From assembly GCA_963664825.1 (NCBI GenBank), contig OY761614.1, positions 3,410,697 to 3,474,696 on the forward strand: 64,000 bases of DNA, read 5' to 3'. The notes under the pieces were generated by a model. It ran no database searches, was not told where the DNA came from, and worked only from the letters and a program-made list of their open reading frames with translations. This stretch comes from an uncultured Holophaga sp. GTDB taxonomy: Bacteria; Acidobacteriota; Holophagae; Holophagales; Holophagaceae. Below are positions 1-9,787 of this stretch, piece after piece. Position numbers and translations under genes: made by a program. Each line of letters opens with the position of its first letter. Position 1 is the stretch's first letter.

Positions 1-1595
1 ACCCGCACAAGACCTGCCACGTGGGGCACCACATAGGGGAAGAAGGCGAAGCGGGCGGGCTTGATGATGACGTCGTCACCGCCCCAGGAATAGGCACCGT
101 GATCCATGCCCAGTTCGAATTCGGCGGCCGTGATCCTGCCCTCGGAATCGCAGGCGAGGCGGCCATTGGAATACGAAGGGCAGCGCTTCCCGGAGAAGTG
201 CTGGTGTTCTTCATAGGTCATGGAGAGGGCCACGGGCATCCCCGTGACCACAGTGGCCGCCCCGGCCAGCACCAGGTCGCCGGCGTTGGTGGACCATCCG
301 AAGCTCGCGCCGGTGGGGTTCATGATGATCCGCAGTTTGTCCTTGGGGCACAAGCAATTGCCGATGCGGCCCAGGGCGGAATAGACGCCCTGGCTCTTGC
401 ACTGGATGGCCAGGTTGCCATCCTCGTCGAAGTAGGACTGGACCGTGCAGCCTTCGATGGAGAGATGGGGTTCCCGGGTGGAGTGGAAGCTGCCCGCCAC
501 GCGATGGGCGGAACCCTCGATCAGGTCGGCCACCCGGCTGGGCTCTTCCAGGGCCACGCCCTTGAGCACGGGCTGTTCGGAAAAGATATTGGGGGTGTCG
601 GCGTGGATGCGCATGGCGTCCGGCATGACCGCATCCAGGTAGTTGAGGTACTCGGGCAGCTTCTCGATCTCCACCTTCACCTTGGCGGCGGCGGCCCGGG
701 CGTGGGCCTTGGTATCGGCCACGGCCACGGCCACCACGTCGCCGTAGCGGTAGATCTTGTCATCGCAGATCGCCTTGCGACTGGGCACCAGCACCGTCGT
801 GCGCTCGTGGAACTGGCCCTCGGACATGATATTGGTGCCACCGGCGGCGATGAGGTCCTGGGCGGTGACGATCTTCACCACGCCGGGCATCTGCTCGGCT
901 TCGCGGGTGTCGATCTTGAGGATCTTGGCGTGGTGAGCGAGCTTGGGCTGCACGATGGCGGCGTGGAGGCTCTCGGCGGGCATCTTCAGTTCCTGGTCAT
1001 CGCCATAGTCGGCAAGACCACAGACCTTGGCCAAGGCCGTGGGCCGCACCACGGGCTTCCCGTAGTACTCGCCATCCTTGGGGTTCTGGAAGGAGATCTC
1101 CTCGAGGGTGGCCTCCCCGCGCATCACCTTGGCGGCCGCCATCACGGCGTCGATGATCTGCACGTAGCCGGTGCAGCGGCAGACATTCTTGTGCTTCTGG
1201 AACCAGTCGCGCGCCTCCTCACGAGTCGGGCTGGGGTTCTCCTGCAGCAGGGCGTAGGTGGAGACGATGAAGCCCGGAACGCAGAAGCCGCACTGCACCG
1301 CCCCCAGGTTCATCCAGGCCACCTGGATGGGATGCAGGTGGGTGGGGGTGCCGATGCCCTCGATGGTCAGCACCTTGCTGTACTCGGGGATGGACCGGAT
1401 CCGGCGGACGCAGGATCGCACCAGCTTGCCATCCAGGATCACCGTGCAGGCGCCGCAGACGCCCTTGCCGCAACCAACCTTGGTGCCCGTCAGCCCCATC
1501 CGCCGCACAACGTCGGCCAGCGTGTCCTTCTCGGGATCGCAGATGAACATGCGATTGGCGCCATTGATATTGAGCCACATCTTCCTGAGCTGCAT
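1..1595 (-). CDS. Molybdopterin-dependent aldehyde oxidoreductase (xanthine oxidase family), 3' end outside window
   Basis: Manual translation MQLRKMWLNINGANRMFICDPEKDTLADVVRRMGLTGTKVGCGKGVCGACTV...QCGFC...CRCTGY: two 2Fe-2S motifs followed by the Mo-binding region; GGAGG RBS upstream; absent from ORF track because it runs off the window. Confidence 0.92.
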   Translation of the reverse strand, partial: MQLRKMWLNINGANRMFICDPEKDTLADVVRRMGLTGTKVGCGKGVCGACTVILDGKLVRSCVRRIRSIPEYSKVLTIEGIGTPTHLHPIQVAWMNLGAVQCGFCVPGFIVSTYALLQENPSPTREEARDWFQKHKNVCRCTGYVQIIDAVMAAAKVMRGEATLEEISFQNPKDGEYYGKPVVRPTALAKVCGLADYGDDQELKMPAESLHAAIVQPKLAHHAKILKIDTREAEQMPGVVKIVTAQDLIAAGGTNIMSEGQFHERTTVLVPSRKAICDDKIYRYGDVVAVAVADTKAHARAAAAKVKVEIEKLPEYLNYLDAVMPDAMRIHADTPNIFSEQPVLKGVALEEPSRVADLIEGSAHRVAGSFHSTREPHLSIEGCTVQSYFDEDGNLAIQCKSQGVYSALGRIGNCLCPKDKLRIIMNPTGASFGWSTNAGDLVLAGAATVVTGMPVALSMTYEEHQHFSGKRCPSYSNGRLACDSEGRITAAEFELGMDHGAYSWGGDDVIIKPARFAFFPYVVPHVAGLVR

Positions 1596-1623
1596 GGGGA
1601 CCTCCGTGGGTGGGAAAATTCGG

Positions 1624-2028
1624 TCAATCGAATGTGTAGCCGTAGCTTTCCAGAATGGCCTTCATCTGGACATAGGTCGCCTCCACCACGGCCCCGCAGC
1701 GCGCGGGCCTATTCAGGGGCTCCCCGGCGAGGATCTCGGCGCAATTGGCGCCCCCGTAGGTGGGGCCCAGGGTGTGGACGAACCACTCCGAGAGCTCCGG
1801 CACGCAGGCCTTGGCCCGTTCCGGATCCAGCACGTGCATGGCGCAGGCCGCGCCCGTAAGCGCGCCGCAGAGGAGGCCGCCCTGGACGCCACCGCAGAGG
1901 CCGCGCATGGCCTGCAGGAGTTGGTCGTTGCGCTGGCCCTTGGATTCCAGGGCCATCCGCACGAGCGCCACCGCGCAGCACTCCCCTCCGCGCAGGAGAT
2001 CATGGAGGCGATTAACGTCATTGAGCAT
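1624..2028 (-). CDS. C-GCAxxG-C-C family putative redox protein
   Basis: CCA...LCGALTGAAC...NCAEIL...RCGAVV cysteine pattern; typical neighbour of Mo-hydroxylase genes. Confidence 0.8.
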   Translation of the reverse strand: MLNDVNRLHDLLRGGECCAVALVRMALESKGQRNDQLLQAMRGLCGGVQGGLLCGALTGAACAMHVLDPERAKACVPELSEWFVHTLGPTYGGANCAEILAGEPLNRPARCGAVVEATYVQMKAILESYGYTFD

Positions 2029-2398
2029 GGTGCGCGCAAGACCCAGAAAACACGTGAACCCCATCCTGTGGTGAGAGGTGACCCGATGCGAATACCGCAA
2101 ATCCAGTGGATCGGCCGGTGGGAACTGGACCGATATTCCCAGAGGAACCTCGTGCATCACAAGATTTTTGAGGGGGGAAAAAAGACCCCAATCCGGGCCT
2201 ACCCCAGCCCCATCACGCATTCTCGTGATTCAACTAGAGATAGACAGGGCAATGCCCACCCCAAAAAAACGTTCTTCCGTGCGCTGTATTTGAGGACAAC
2301 TTTCGACTCGTCAAAAGACCCGACCCACGCTTCGGCATGGGCGTTGGGAGAAAGAGAGGCCTGTGCCATCTTCATCCTGGACTACACTCGGTAGGATC

Positions 2399-2779
2399 AT
2401 GAGCCAACCAGGATTCGCATCCATCAAGATTCGCCTCCGCCAGGGCGATGGCTATGCCATGGGCCCCGGCAAGGCCGATCTCCTGGAAGCCATCCAGGAG
2501 ACGAAGTCCATCGCCGCCGCCGGGCGCAAACTGGGCCTCAGCTATTCGAAATCCCGGCATCTGCTGGACGAATTGAACCGCGATTTCGAATCGCCCCTGG
2601 TGATCGCCACCAAGGGCGGGAGTTCCGGAGGCGGATCCCAGTTGACCGAACAGGGGCAACAGATCCTGGTCCAGTTTCGGAGCATGGAGGCCCGGGCCCG
2701 GGAGGCCATCGCGCCCCTGGTGGAGGATTTCAAGAAATTCATGCCCGGGATGAGCCATCGCAAGGCACAGCAGACGTGA
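2399..2779 (+). CDS. ModE-family winged-helix regulator (HTH only, no TOBE domains)
   Basis: MGPGKADLLEAIQETKSIAAAGRKLGLSY...KGGSSGGGSQLT matches the ModE N-terminal domain. Confidence 0.88.
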   Translation: MSQPGFASIKIRLRQGDGYAMGPGKADLLEAIQETKSIAAAGRKLGLSYSKSRHLLDELNRDFESPLVIATKGGSSGGGSQLTEQGQQILVQFRSMEARAREAIAPLVEDFKKFMPGMSHRKAQQT

Positions 2780-2850
2780 TTCGTGAGCAGGCATGATCAG
2801 GCCTGGGATGACACGGGCCAGGTTCGGCATTCAGTTCTGGAGGCACTCCC

Positions 2851-3132
2851 ATGTTCAAGACAAACCAGTACTTCGATGGGAAGGTGACCTCCATCGCCTT
2901 CCAGACAGCCGAAGGCCCCGCCACCTTAGGCGTGATGGCTCCCGGCGAGTATGAATTCGGCACCAGCACCCTGGAGATCATGAACGTCGTCATCGGCGAA
3001 CTGGTGGTCAAGCTGCCCAATAGCGCCCACTGGAAGGCCTACCAGGCCGGAACCTCCTTCACCGTGGAGGCGAACCAGAAGTTCCAGCTCAGGGTCGCCG
3101 TCGATTCCGCCTACCTCTGCCTCTACCAGTAG
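2851..3132 (+). CDS. ppnP: Pyrimidine/purine nucleoside phosphorylase (YaiE)
   Basis: [17 protein letters not shown]...[12 protein letters not shown]...AYLCLY. Confidence 0.93.
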   Translation: MFKTNQYFDGKVTSIAFQTAEGPATLGVMAPGEYEFGTSTLEIMNVVIGELVVKLPNSAHWKAYQAGTSFTVEANQKFQLRVAVDSAYLCLYQ

Positions 3133-3144
3133 CGGCGCTGGCCC

Positions 3145-4572
3145 TCAGCGGGAGGTCCTGGGGATCTGGGACCATTCGGTGTGGATGGCGACCCCTGGGC
3201 GATCCAACCGCTCGTAGGTGTGGGCTCCGAAGTAATCCCGCTGGGCCTGGATGAGGGAGGCGCTGCCCCGGGAGACGCGGAGGCTATCGAACCAGGAGAG
3301 GGACGCCGCCAGACCGGGGATGGGCAGGCCCGAGGCCGCGGCCCCAGCGACCACGCGCCTCCAGGCGGGCAGCCGCTTTTGCAGGGCCTCCCGGAAGCCG
3401 GGGGCGAAGCAGAGGAGTTCGAGCCCGGCCTCCCGGCCGAAGGCCTCCCGGATCGTATCCAGCAGACGGGCCCGGATGATGCAGCCCCCCGTCCAGATCC
3501 GGGCCACCTCCCCCAGATCCGTGCCATAGGCCCGGGCCTCGCTGCCGGCGCGGAGCAGATCGAAGCCCTGGGCGTAGCTGGCGAGCTTGGCGGCATAGAG
3601 GGCTTCCTTCAGGTCCTGGAGCGTGACGCCCTCCAGGGGGCTCGGATTCCCTGGAAAGAGGGCCGCCGCCCTTAGGCGCCGCGGGCGCTGGGCGCTCAGG
3701 CAGCGGGCCTCCACCGCAGCTGCGATGGTGGGGATGGGCACGCCCAGTTCGGCAGCCGCCATGACGGTCCACCGCCCCGTGCCCTTCTGGCCCGCCTGAT
3801 CCAGGATGGCGTCCACCAGGGGAGATCCAGGATTTTCGGGATCCTCCGCCCGGAGGACCTCCGCGGCCACTTCCACCAGGTAGCTCTCCAGCTCCCCCTG
3901 GTTCCATCCCTCGAAGGCCTGGGCGGCCCGGTCCGCGGAGAGCCCCAGGCCCTGGCGCAGCAGCGTCACCGTCTCGGCGATGAGCTGCATGTCGCCATAC
4001 TCGATGCCGTTATGGACCATCTTCACGAAGTGGCCCGCCGATCCCTTCCCGCAATGGGTGACGCAAGCGCCCGAAGCGCTGCGGGCCGCGATGGATTCCA
4101 GGATGGGCCGCAGGCGCTCATAGGCTTCCTTGGAGCCTCCGGGCATGAGGGCCGGCCCCAGGAGCGCCCCCTCCTCTCCGCCCGAGACCCCCATGCCGAG
4201 GAAATCCCAGGGGCGGGTTCTGTTTCCCAGGCCCCGGCGCTCCGTATCCAGGTAGAGGCTATTGCCCCCATCCACCACCACGTCCCCTGCTTCCAGCAGA
4301 GGATCCAGCTGGCCCAGGACCGCGTCCACGGCCGGACCGGCCTGGACCATGACGAGGATCTTCCGGGGCCTGGCCAGGGAGCGCACGAAGACTTCCGGGT
4401 TTTCAAAAATCGCGAGGCCTGCCTCGGGATGCGCGGACTGGAGGCGCCGGGAGACTTCCGGGCTCCGGTTGTAGCCCGCCACCCGGAGCCCTCGGCTGGC
4501 CAGGTTCCGGGCCAGGCTCGCCCCCATCACGCTCAGGCCGTAGACGCCGATCTCGTTCAGGTTTTCCATCAT
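3145..4572 (-). CDS. gnd: NADP-dependent 6-phosphogluconate dehydrogenase
   Basis: GVSGGEEGA, GHFVKMVHNGIEYGDMQLI, QKGTG, QAQRDYFGAHTYER motifs. Confidence 0.97.
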   Translation of the reverse strand: MMENLNEIGVYGLSVMGASLARNLASRGLRVAGYNRSPEVSRRLQSAHPEAGLAIFENPEVFVRSLARPRKILVMVQAGPAVDAVLGQLDPLLEAGDVVVDGGNSLYLDTERRGLGNRTRPWDFLGMGVSGGEEGALLGPALMPGGSKEAYERLRPILESIAARSASGACVTHCGKGSAGHFVKMVHNGIEYGDMQLIAETVTLLRQGLGLSADRAAQAFEGWNQGELESYLVEVAAEVLRAEDPENPGSPLVDAILDQAGQKGTGRWTVMAAAELGVPIPTIAAAVEARCLSAQRPRRLRAAALFPGNPSPLEGVTLQDLKEALYAAKLASYAQGFDLLRAGSEARAYGTDLGEVARIWTGGCIIRARLLDTIREAFGREAGLELLCFAPGFREALQKRLPAWRRVVAGAAASGLPIPGLAASLSWFDSLRVSRGSASLIQAQRDYFGAHTYERLDRPGVAIHTEWSQIPRTSR

Positions 4573-5411
4573 GCACCTCTCTGCCTTAAAGGGGGGACCG
4601 CCTGCTCAATTTTGGCTCGCTTCCCGCCTATCGCAGGCTCCACTGGAGCCTGCTCCCAATCGTGCGTTGCGCGATTAGAGGCGGGCCCCTTGTCCCCCCT
4701 TTGCCCCCCACGGGGTGTCCAGGCAGAGCCCGGACACCCCGTCTGAAGTTCCAGATCCGTAATCACCGTCAGCTTTCCCAGGGAGGATCCGGGCAGGGCC
4801 GGATCCTCCTGGAGCAGCCGCTCGAGGGCCCCGCGCTTGGATTCACCGGAGACAGCCAGGATGCATTCCGCGGCCGCCAGCAAGGGCAGGCTCAGACTGA
4901 TCCGACAGGCTGGAGGCTTGGGGCTATCCTCCACGGCCTGCACCAGGGCCGACAGGGGCCTCCAGGGATGGCCTGGGAAGAGCGAGGCGATGTGGCCGTC
5001 CTCCCCCAGGCCCAGCAGCGCCAGATCGAGGCCTCCCCCGAAGGATGTCTCCAGGACCCCTTGCACCCGGGCGCAGGCCTCCTGCGGGCTTTCGCCCTCC
5101 AGGAAGAGGGGCAGTTCCAGCTCCAGAGGATCCGTCGCCTTCAGAACCCCCCGGCGGTAGGCCTCGCCCCGATTGGAATCCCGGTGGGAAAATGGGACGC
5201 AGCGCTCGTCCACCCAGGTCAGGCGAAGGCTTGCCCAATCGGTTCGCCCGAGACTTTTTCGGGCGTGGCCGAAGGCCTCCAGGGCGCTCCCCCCGGGGAT
5301 GGCCAAGCGCACGGATCCCTGGTGTAGGCAGATCCGCGCGATGGCCTCCGCGAGCCTGCCCCCGGCCTCCTCCATCACCCTTGAAGTGCGGACCCAAATG
5401 ATTTCACCCAC
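4569..5411 (-). CDS. pgl: 6-phosphogluconolactonase with ~55-aa repeat-derived C-terminal extension
   Basis: IPGGS, WVDERCVP, LGLGEDGHIASLFPG, DSPKPP motifs; GTG start at 5411 overlaps the zwf stop (start inferred). Confidence 0.9.
   Translation of the reverse strand: MGEIIWVRTSRVMEEAGGRLAEAIARICLHQGSVRLAIPGGSALEAFGHARKSLGRTDWASLRLTWVDERCVPFSHRDSNRGEAYRRGVLKATDPLELELPLFLEGESPQEACARVQGVLETSFGGGLDLALLGLGEDGHIASLFPGHPWRPLSALVQAVEDSPKPPACRISLSLPLLAAAECILAVSGESKRGALERLLQEDPALPGSSLGKLTVITDLELQTGCPGSAWTPRGGQRGDKGPASNRATHDWEQAPVEPAIGGKRAKIEQAVPPLRQRGA
4588..4745 (-). repeat. Structured palindromic repeat element, copy A (inside pgl 3' end)
   Basis: Stems ACGGGGTGTCC/GGACACCCCGT and AAAGGGGGGAC/GTCCCCCCTTT; homologous to 42284-42373. 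Confidence 0.8.
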
Positions 5412-6915
5412 GGGACCAGGCTCCCTCGCAGCCCTGGAAGAGGGCCTCGGCCTCCGGAGGGCCCCAACTGCCGGAGGGGTACTCCAGCATGGGAGTGCCC
5501 TGGCCTTCCCAGGTGGCGCGCAGGGCGTCGGCGAAGGCCCAGCTGGCCTCCACCTCGTCGGTGCGCAGGAAGAGGGTGGCATCCCCCTGCATGGCGTCCT
5601 GGAGCAGGCGCTCGTAGGCCGTGGCGCCGCTGGGGCCGAAGCGCTCCCGGTAATCGAAGGCGAGTTCGGCGGGGGCCATGGCCTGGCCGCTGCCCGGCGC
5701 CTTCACGCCAAAGCTCAGGGAAAGGGCCTCCCGGGGCTGGATGCTGAGGGTGAGCAGATTGGGGCGCAGCCGACAGACCGTTCCATCGTCCAGTGTCTGG
5801 AGGGCCCCCCCCTCCATCCGATCGAAGAGCTGGATGGGGGGCACCCGGAAATGCACCTTCACCTCCGTGAAGCGCTTCGGCAGCCGCTTCCCGTGGCGCA
5901 GGAGGAAGGGCACACCCGCCCAGCGCCAGTTCTCGATCATGGCGCGCACGGCCACGAAAGTCTCCGCGGTGGAATCTCCCGGCACGCCCTCTTCCTGGAG
6001 GTACCCGCGCAGGGGACGCCCCTGGATCTCGCCGGGGCCGTAGCGGGCCCGGACCCCCTGGCCGCCATGGGGCAGCCGCAGAGCCTTCAGGACGCCCACC
6101 TTCTGGTCCCGGATGGCCTCCGGATCCAGCGAAGACGGGGGTTCCATGGCGATGAGGGCCAGGATCTGGAGCATGTGGTTCTGGAGCATATCCCGCAGGG
6201 CGCCCACGGAATCGTAGTAGCCCGCCCGGCCCCGCTCCACCCCCAGTTCTTCGGCCACCGTGATCTCCACCAGCTCCACGTGCTGGCGGTTCCAGAGAGG
6301 TTCGAAGATGGCGTTATTGAAGCGGAAGGCGAACAGGTTCTGGACCGTATCCTTGGCCAGATAGTGATCGATTCGGTAGATCTGGTCCTCCCGCAGCCGG
6401 TCATGGAGCGCCCGGTTGAGGGCCTGGGCCGAAATCCGGTCGTGGCCGAAGGGCTTCTCGGCCACCAGCCGCCGCCATGGATCCGAAGGCTCCGTCTGCC
6501 TCAGGAGGCCGCATTCCGAAAGGCTCTCCACGGCTGGAATGAAGAGATCGGGCCGGAGGGAGAGGTAGAAGAGCCTCCCGGCCTTTTCCCCCTCGGGCAG
6601 CTGGTCCAAGCGGGACGCCAAGCGCCCCATATCCTCCGGGCTTTGCACATCCCCGGAGACGTAGTGGACGCGCTCGGCCATGGACTGGAAGGCCTCCAAC
6701 TCCTCACCCACCAGGGCATCTCCCAGCTGGAGCCGGAAGGCCTCATCGGTCATGGGCCTTCTGGATAGCCCGATGAGGCGAAAGGGGGTGCCCCCCTTGG
6801 AGAGGCGAGCCAGGGCAGGCACCAGTTTCCGAGACGTCAAATCACCACTCGCGCCAAGAATGATGATCTGAACGGGGGGCTGCATATTCACCGGGACTCC
6901 TGCAATCTCTGCCAT
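5404..6915 (-). CDS. zwf: Glucose-6-phosphate 1-dehydrogenase
   Basis: GASGDL, EKPFGHD, YRIDHYLAK, RDMLQNH, WRWAGVPF motifs; alternative start at 6885. Confidence 0.97.
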   Translation of the reverse strand: MAEIAGVPVNMQPPVQIIILGASGDLTSRKLVPALARLSKGGTPFRLIGLSRRPMTDEAFRLQLGDALVGEELEAFQSMAERVHYVSGDVQSPEDMGRLASRLDQLPEGEKAGRLFYLSLRPDLFIPAVESLSECGLLRQTEPSDPWRRLVAEKPFGHDRISAQALNRALHDRLREDQIYRIDHYLAKDTVQNLFAFRFNNAIFEPLWNRQHVELVEITVAEELGVERGRAGYYDSVGALRDMLQNHMLQILALIAMEPPSSLDPEAIRDQKVGVLKALRLPHGGQGVRARYGPGEIQGRPLRGYLQEEGVPGDSTAETFVAVRAMIENWRWAGVPFLLRHGKRLPKRFTEVKVHFRVPPIQLFDRMEGGALQTLDDGTVCRLRPNLLTLSIQPREALSLSFGVKAPGSGQAMAPAELAFDYRERFGPSGATAYERLLQDAMQGDATLFLRTDEVEASWAFADALRATWEGQGTPMLEYPSGSWGPPEAEALFQGCEGAWSRG

Positions 6916-6986
6916 TTGGATGCCGGAGCTTGACACCTGTTGCTGGGAGCCCCATGGTAGCTGCGCTTTCCTGCAGAGCCCCTTCC

Positions 6987-9629
6987 ATGGATGCCCATCC
7001 TACACCCGTCTCACCCGAGCACGCGCGCCTGAGGGACGCGGAGCGGGGCCTATGGCGGCGCTGGGGGCCCTATCTGGCCGAGCGGCAATGGGGCACGGTG
7101 CGGGAGGACTACAGCGCAGACGGGAATGCCTGGGAGTATTTCCCTCACGAGCAGGCGCGGAGCCGCGTCTACCGCTGGGGCGAGGATGGTCTCGCGGGCT
7201 TCTGCGACGACCAGCAGCGTCTTTGCCTGGCCCTGGCGCTCTGGAACGGGGCCGATCCCATCCTGAAGGAGCGCCTGTTCGGACTTTCCAATCCTGAAGG
7301 GAACCACGGCGAGGACGTCAAGGAGCTCTACTACTTCCTGGACGGCCTGCCTTCCCACGCCTACATGAAGATGCTCTACAAATACCCCCAGAGGGCCTTC
7401 CCCTACGCGCGGCTGGTAGACGAGAACAGGAGACGGAGCCGGGAGGAACCCGAGTTCGAGCTCCTGGATACGGGGATCTTCGAAGAGGACCGCTATTTCG
7501 ATGTCACCGTGGAATATGCCAAGGGAGCTCCCGAGGACATCCTGATGCGGATCACGGTCCACAACCGCGGCCCGGAGCCCGCGCCGATCCACGTGCTGCC
7601 CCAGATCTGGTTCCGCAACACCTGGGGCTGGAAGGGAGATCCCCCCGAAGCCTCCCTTCTCGCCACCTCCCAAGGATGCGTGGAGGCCCGCCATCCCACA
7701 CTCGGCGCGATGCACATCTGGACGGGGGACTGCGAACGGCTCTTCTGCGATAACGAGACGAACGCCCCACTCCTCTTCGGCGTGCCGAAAGGGGGTTCCT
7801 TCAAGGACGCCTTCCACGCCTGCCTGATCGAAGGGGATGCCTCGGCCCTGAACGCGGATCTCCGGGGCACGAAGATGGCGGCCCACCATGTGCTCGACGT
7901 GCCCGCGGGAGAGTCCAGAACCGTCCGGATGCGGCTCAGCCGCGAGGAACGGGAGCGCCCTTTCGGGGACTTCGACGGGATCGTGAAGCTCCGGTCAGAG
8001 GAATGCGAGGCCTTCTACGCCCAGCTACAGGCGGGGATCTCCTGCCCGGACGCGCGGCGGATCCAGCGCCAGGCCCTGGCGGGGCTCCTCTGGAGCAAGC
8101 AGTTCTACAGCTTCGATATCCCCCAGTGGATCGCGGGAGATCCGGCATATCCCCCTCCACCGAAGGGGAGGATGCGCAACAGGGAATGGATGCACCTCAA
8201 CAACGCCGAGGTCCTCTCCATGCCCGACACTTGGGAATACCCCTGGTACGCCGCCTGGGATCTGGCCTTCCACTGCCTGCCCCTGGCCATGGTGGACCCG
8301 GAGCTGGCCAAGGCGCAGCTGGTGCTGCTGACCCGGGAATGGTACATGCACCCTTCGGGCCAGCTTCCCGCCTACGAATGGGCCTTCGGGGACGCCAATC
8401 CCCCGGTCCACGCCTGGGCCGCCTGGCGCGTCTTCCAGATGGACCGCAAGCAGCAAAGAAAGGGTGACCTGCCCTTCCTGGAGCGCATCTTCCACAAGCT
8501 GCTCCTCAACTTCACCTGGTGGGTGAACCGCAAGGATGCCGAGGGCAACAACGTCTTCCAGGGGGGCTTCCTGGGCCTGGACAACATCGGCGTCTTCGAT
8601 CGGAGTGCGCCGCTCGATGTCGGCGATCACGTCAACCAGGCGGACGGAACCGCCTGGATGGCCATGTTCAGCCTGAACATGATGCGGATCGCCCTGGAAC
8701 TGGCCCTCCACAACCACGTCTACGAGGACATCGCCACCAAATTCTTCGAGCACTTCCTCTACATCGCCAAGGCCATGACCAGCATGGGTCACGGCGGCGT
8801 CGGCCTCTGGGACGAGGAGGACACATTCTTCTACGATGTCCTTTCCGTAGACGCTGGGCGGCAGATCCCCCTGAAGGTGCGCTCCATGGTGGGGCTCATC
8901 CCCCTCTTCGCCGTGGAGACCCTGGAGCCCGATCTGCTGGCGCAGCTGCCTGATTTCACCCGCCGCATGGAGTGGTTCCTGGAATACCGACCGGATCTGG
9001 CCGGCCTGGTTTCCCGCTGGAAGGAGCCTGGACTGGGGGACCGCCATCTGCTTTCCCTGCTACGGGGCCACCGCATGAAGTGTCTGCTCCGCAGGATGCT
9101 GGACGAGGAGGAATACCTCTCCCCCTTCGGCGTGCGCTCCTTGTCGCGCCACCACCTGGAGCACCCCTACCGCTTCACGGACGAGCAGGCGGAGCACATG
9201 TTCACCGTCCAATACCGGCCCGGGGAATCCGATTCGGGACTCTTCGGCGGCAACTCAAACTGGCGGGGCCCCGTGTGGTTTCCCGTGAACTACCTCGTGA
9301 TCGAATCCCTCCAGAAGTTCCACCACTACTACGGGGATGGCTTCCTCGTGGAGTGTCCGAAGGGCAGCGGCAGGATGCTCAGCCTCAACGGGATCGCCGA
9401 CGAGCTTCGTAGCCGCTTGGCCAGCCTATTCCTGAAGGATGAGACGGGCCGACGGGCCTTCTTTGGAGACGACAACCGCTGTCAAAAGGACTCGGCCTTC
9501 CGGGATCACCTGCTCTTCCACGAGTACTTCGACGGGGACACGGGACAGGGTCGAGGGGCCTCCCACCAGACCGGTTGGACGGCCCTCATCGCCAAGATCC
9601 TCCAGCCCAGGCCTGCGCGTCAGGGGTGA
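6987..9629 (+). CDS. GH63-like (MGH1-like) glycoside hydrolase
   Basis: WGPYLAERQWGTVREDYS, WEYPWYAAWDLAFH, GGNSNWRGPVW, FHEYFDGDTG, GASHQTGWT. Confidence 0.9.
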   Translation: MDAHPTPVSPEHARLRDAERGLWRRWGPYLAERQWGTVREDYSADGNAWEYFPHEQARSRVYRWGEDGLAGFCDDQQRLCLALALWNGADPILKERLFGLSNPEGNHGEDVKELYYFLDGLPSHAYMKMLYKYPQRAFPYARLVDENRRRSREEPEFELLDTGIFEEDRYFDVTVEYAKGAPEDILMRITVHNRGPEPAPIHVLPQIWFRNTWGWKGDPPEASLLATSQGCVEARHPTLGAMHIWTGDCERLFCDNETNAPLLFGVPKGGSFKDAFHACLIEGDASALNADLRGTKMAAHHVLDVPAGESRTVRMRLSREERERPFGDFDGIVKLRSEECEAFYAQLQAGISCPDARRIQRQALAGLLWSKQFYSFDIPQWIAGDPAYPPPPKGRMRNREWMHLNNAEVLSMPDTWEYPWYAAWDLAFHCLPLAMVDPELAKAQLVLLTREWYMHPSGQLPAYEWAFGDANPPVHAWAAWRVFQMDRKQQRKGDLPFLERIFHKLLLNFTWWVNRKDAEGNNVFQGGFLGLDNIGVFDRSAPLDVGDHVNQADGTAWMAMFSLNMMRIALELALHNHVYEDIATKFFEHFLYIAKAMTSMGHGGVGLWDEEDTFFYDVLSVDAGRQIPLKVRSMVGLIPLFAVETLEPDLLAQLPDFTRRMEWFLEYRPDLAGLVSRWKEPGLGDRHLLSLLRGHRMKCLLRRMLDEEEYLSPFGVRSLSRHHLEHPYRFTDEQAEHMFTVQYRPGESDSGLFGGNSNWRGPVWFPVNYLVIESLQKFHHYYGDGFLVECPKGSGRMLSLNGIADELRSRLASLFLKDETGRRAFFGDDNRCQKDSAFRDHLLFHEYFDGDTGQGRGASHQTGWTALIAKILQPRPARQG

Positions 9630-9657
9630 TACGGTTCCGTAATTCAAAGAACAGATG

Positions 9658-9759
9658 CACCACGGAGGCACCGAGAACACGGAGAAAGAAAGGGACAGGG
9701 CCCAGGGAAACACGTGGTTCCTCCAGCTTCATCTCCGTGCCCTCCCCGTCTCCGTGGTG
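9658..9759. repeat. REP-like inverted repeat between convergent genes
   Basis: Arms CACCACGGAGGCACCGAGAACACGGAGA (9658-9685) and TCTCCGTGCCCTCCCCGTCTCCGTGGTG (9732-9759). Confidence 0.75.
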
Positions 9760-9787
9760 AGTTTTCTTTGACTTCAACTTGGGGTGA

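Noticed and set aside
21..1859. 612-aa plus-strand ORF (and similar long antisense ORFs, e.g. 5173-6768, 19390-21117, 24370-26004, 25770-27422)
   Set aside because: Shadow ORFs opposite well-supported genes; expected in high-GC DNA and without recognisable motifs.
2029..2398. Moco riboswitch or ModE box upstream of the Mo-enzyme operon
   Set aside because: Could not find the expected conserved motifs by eye.
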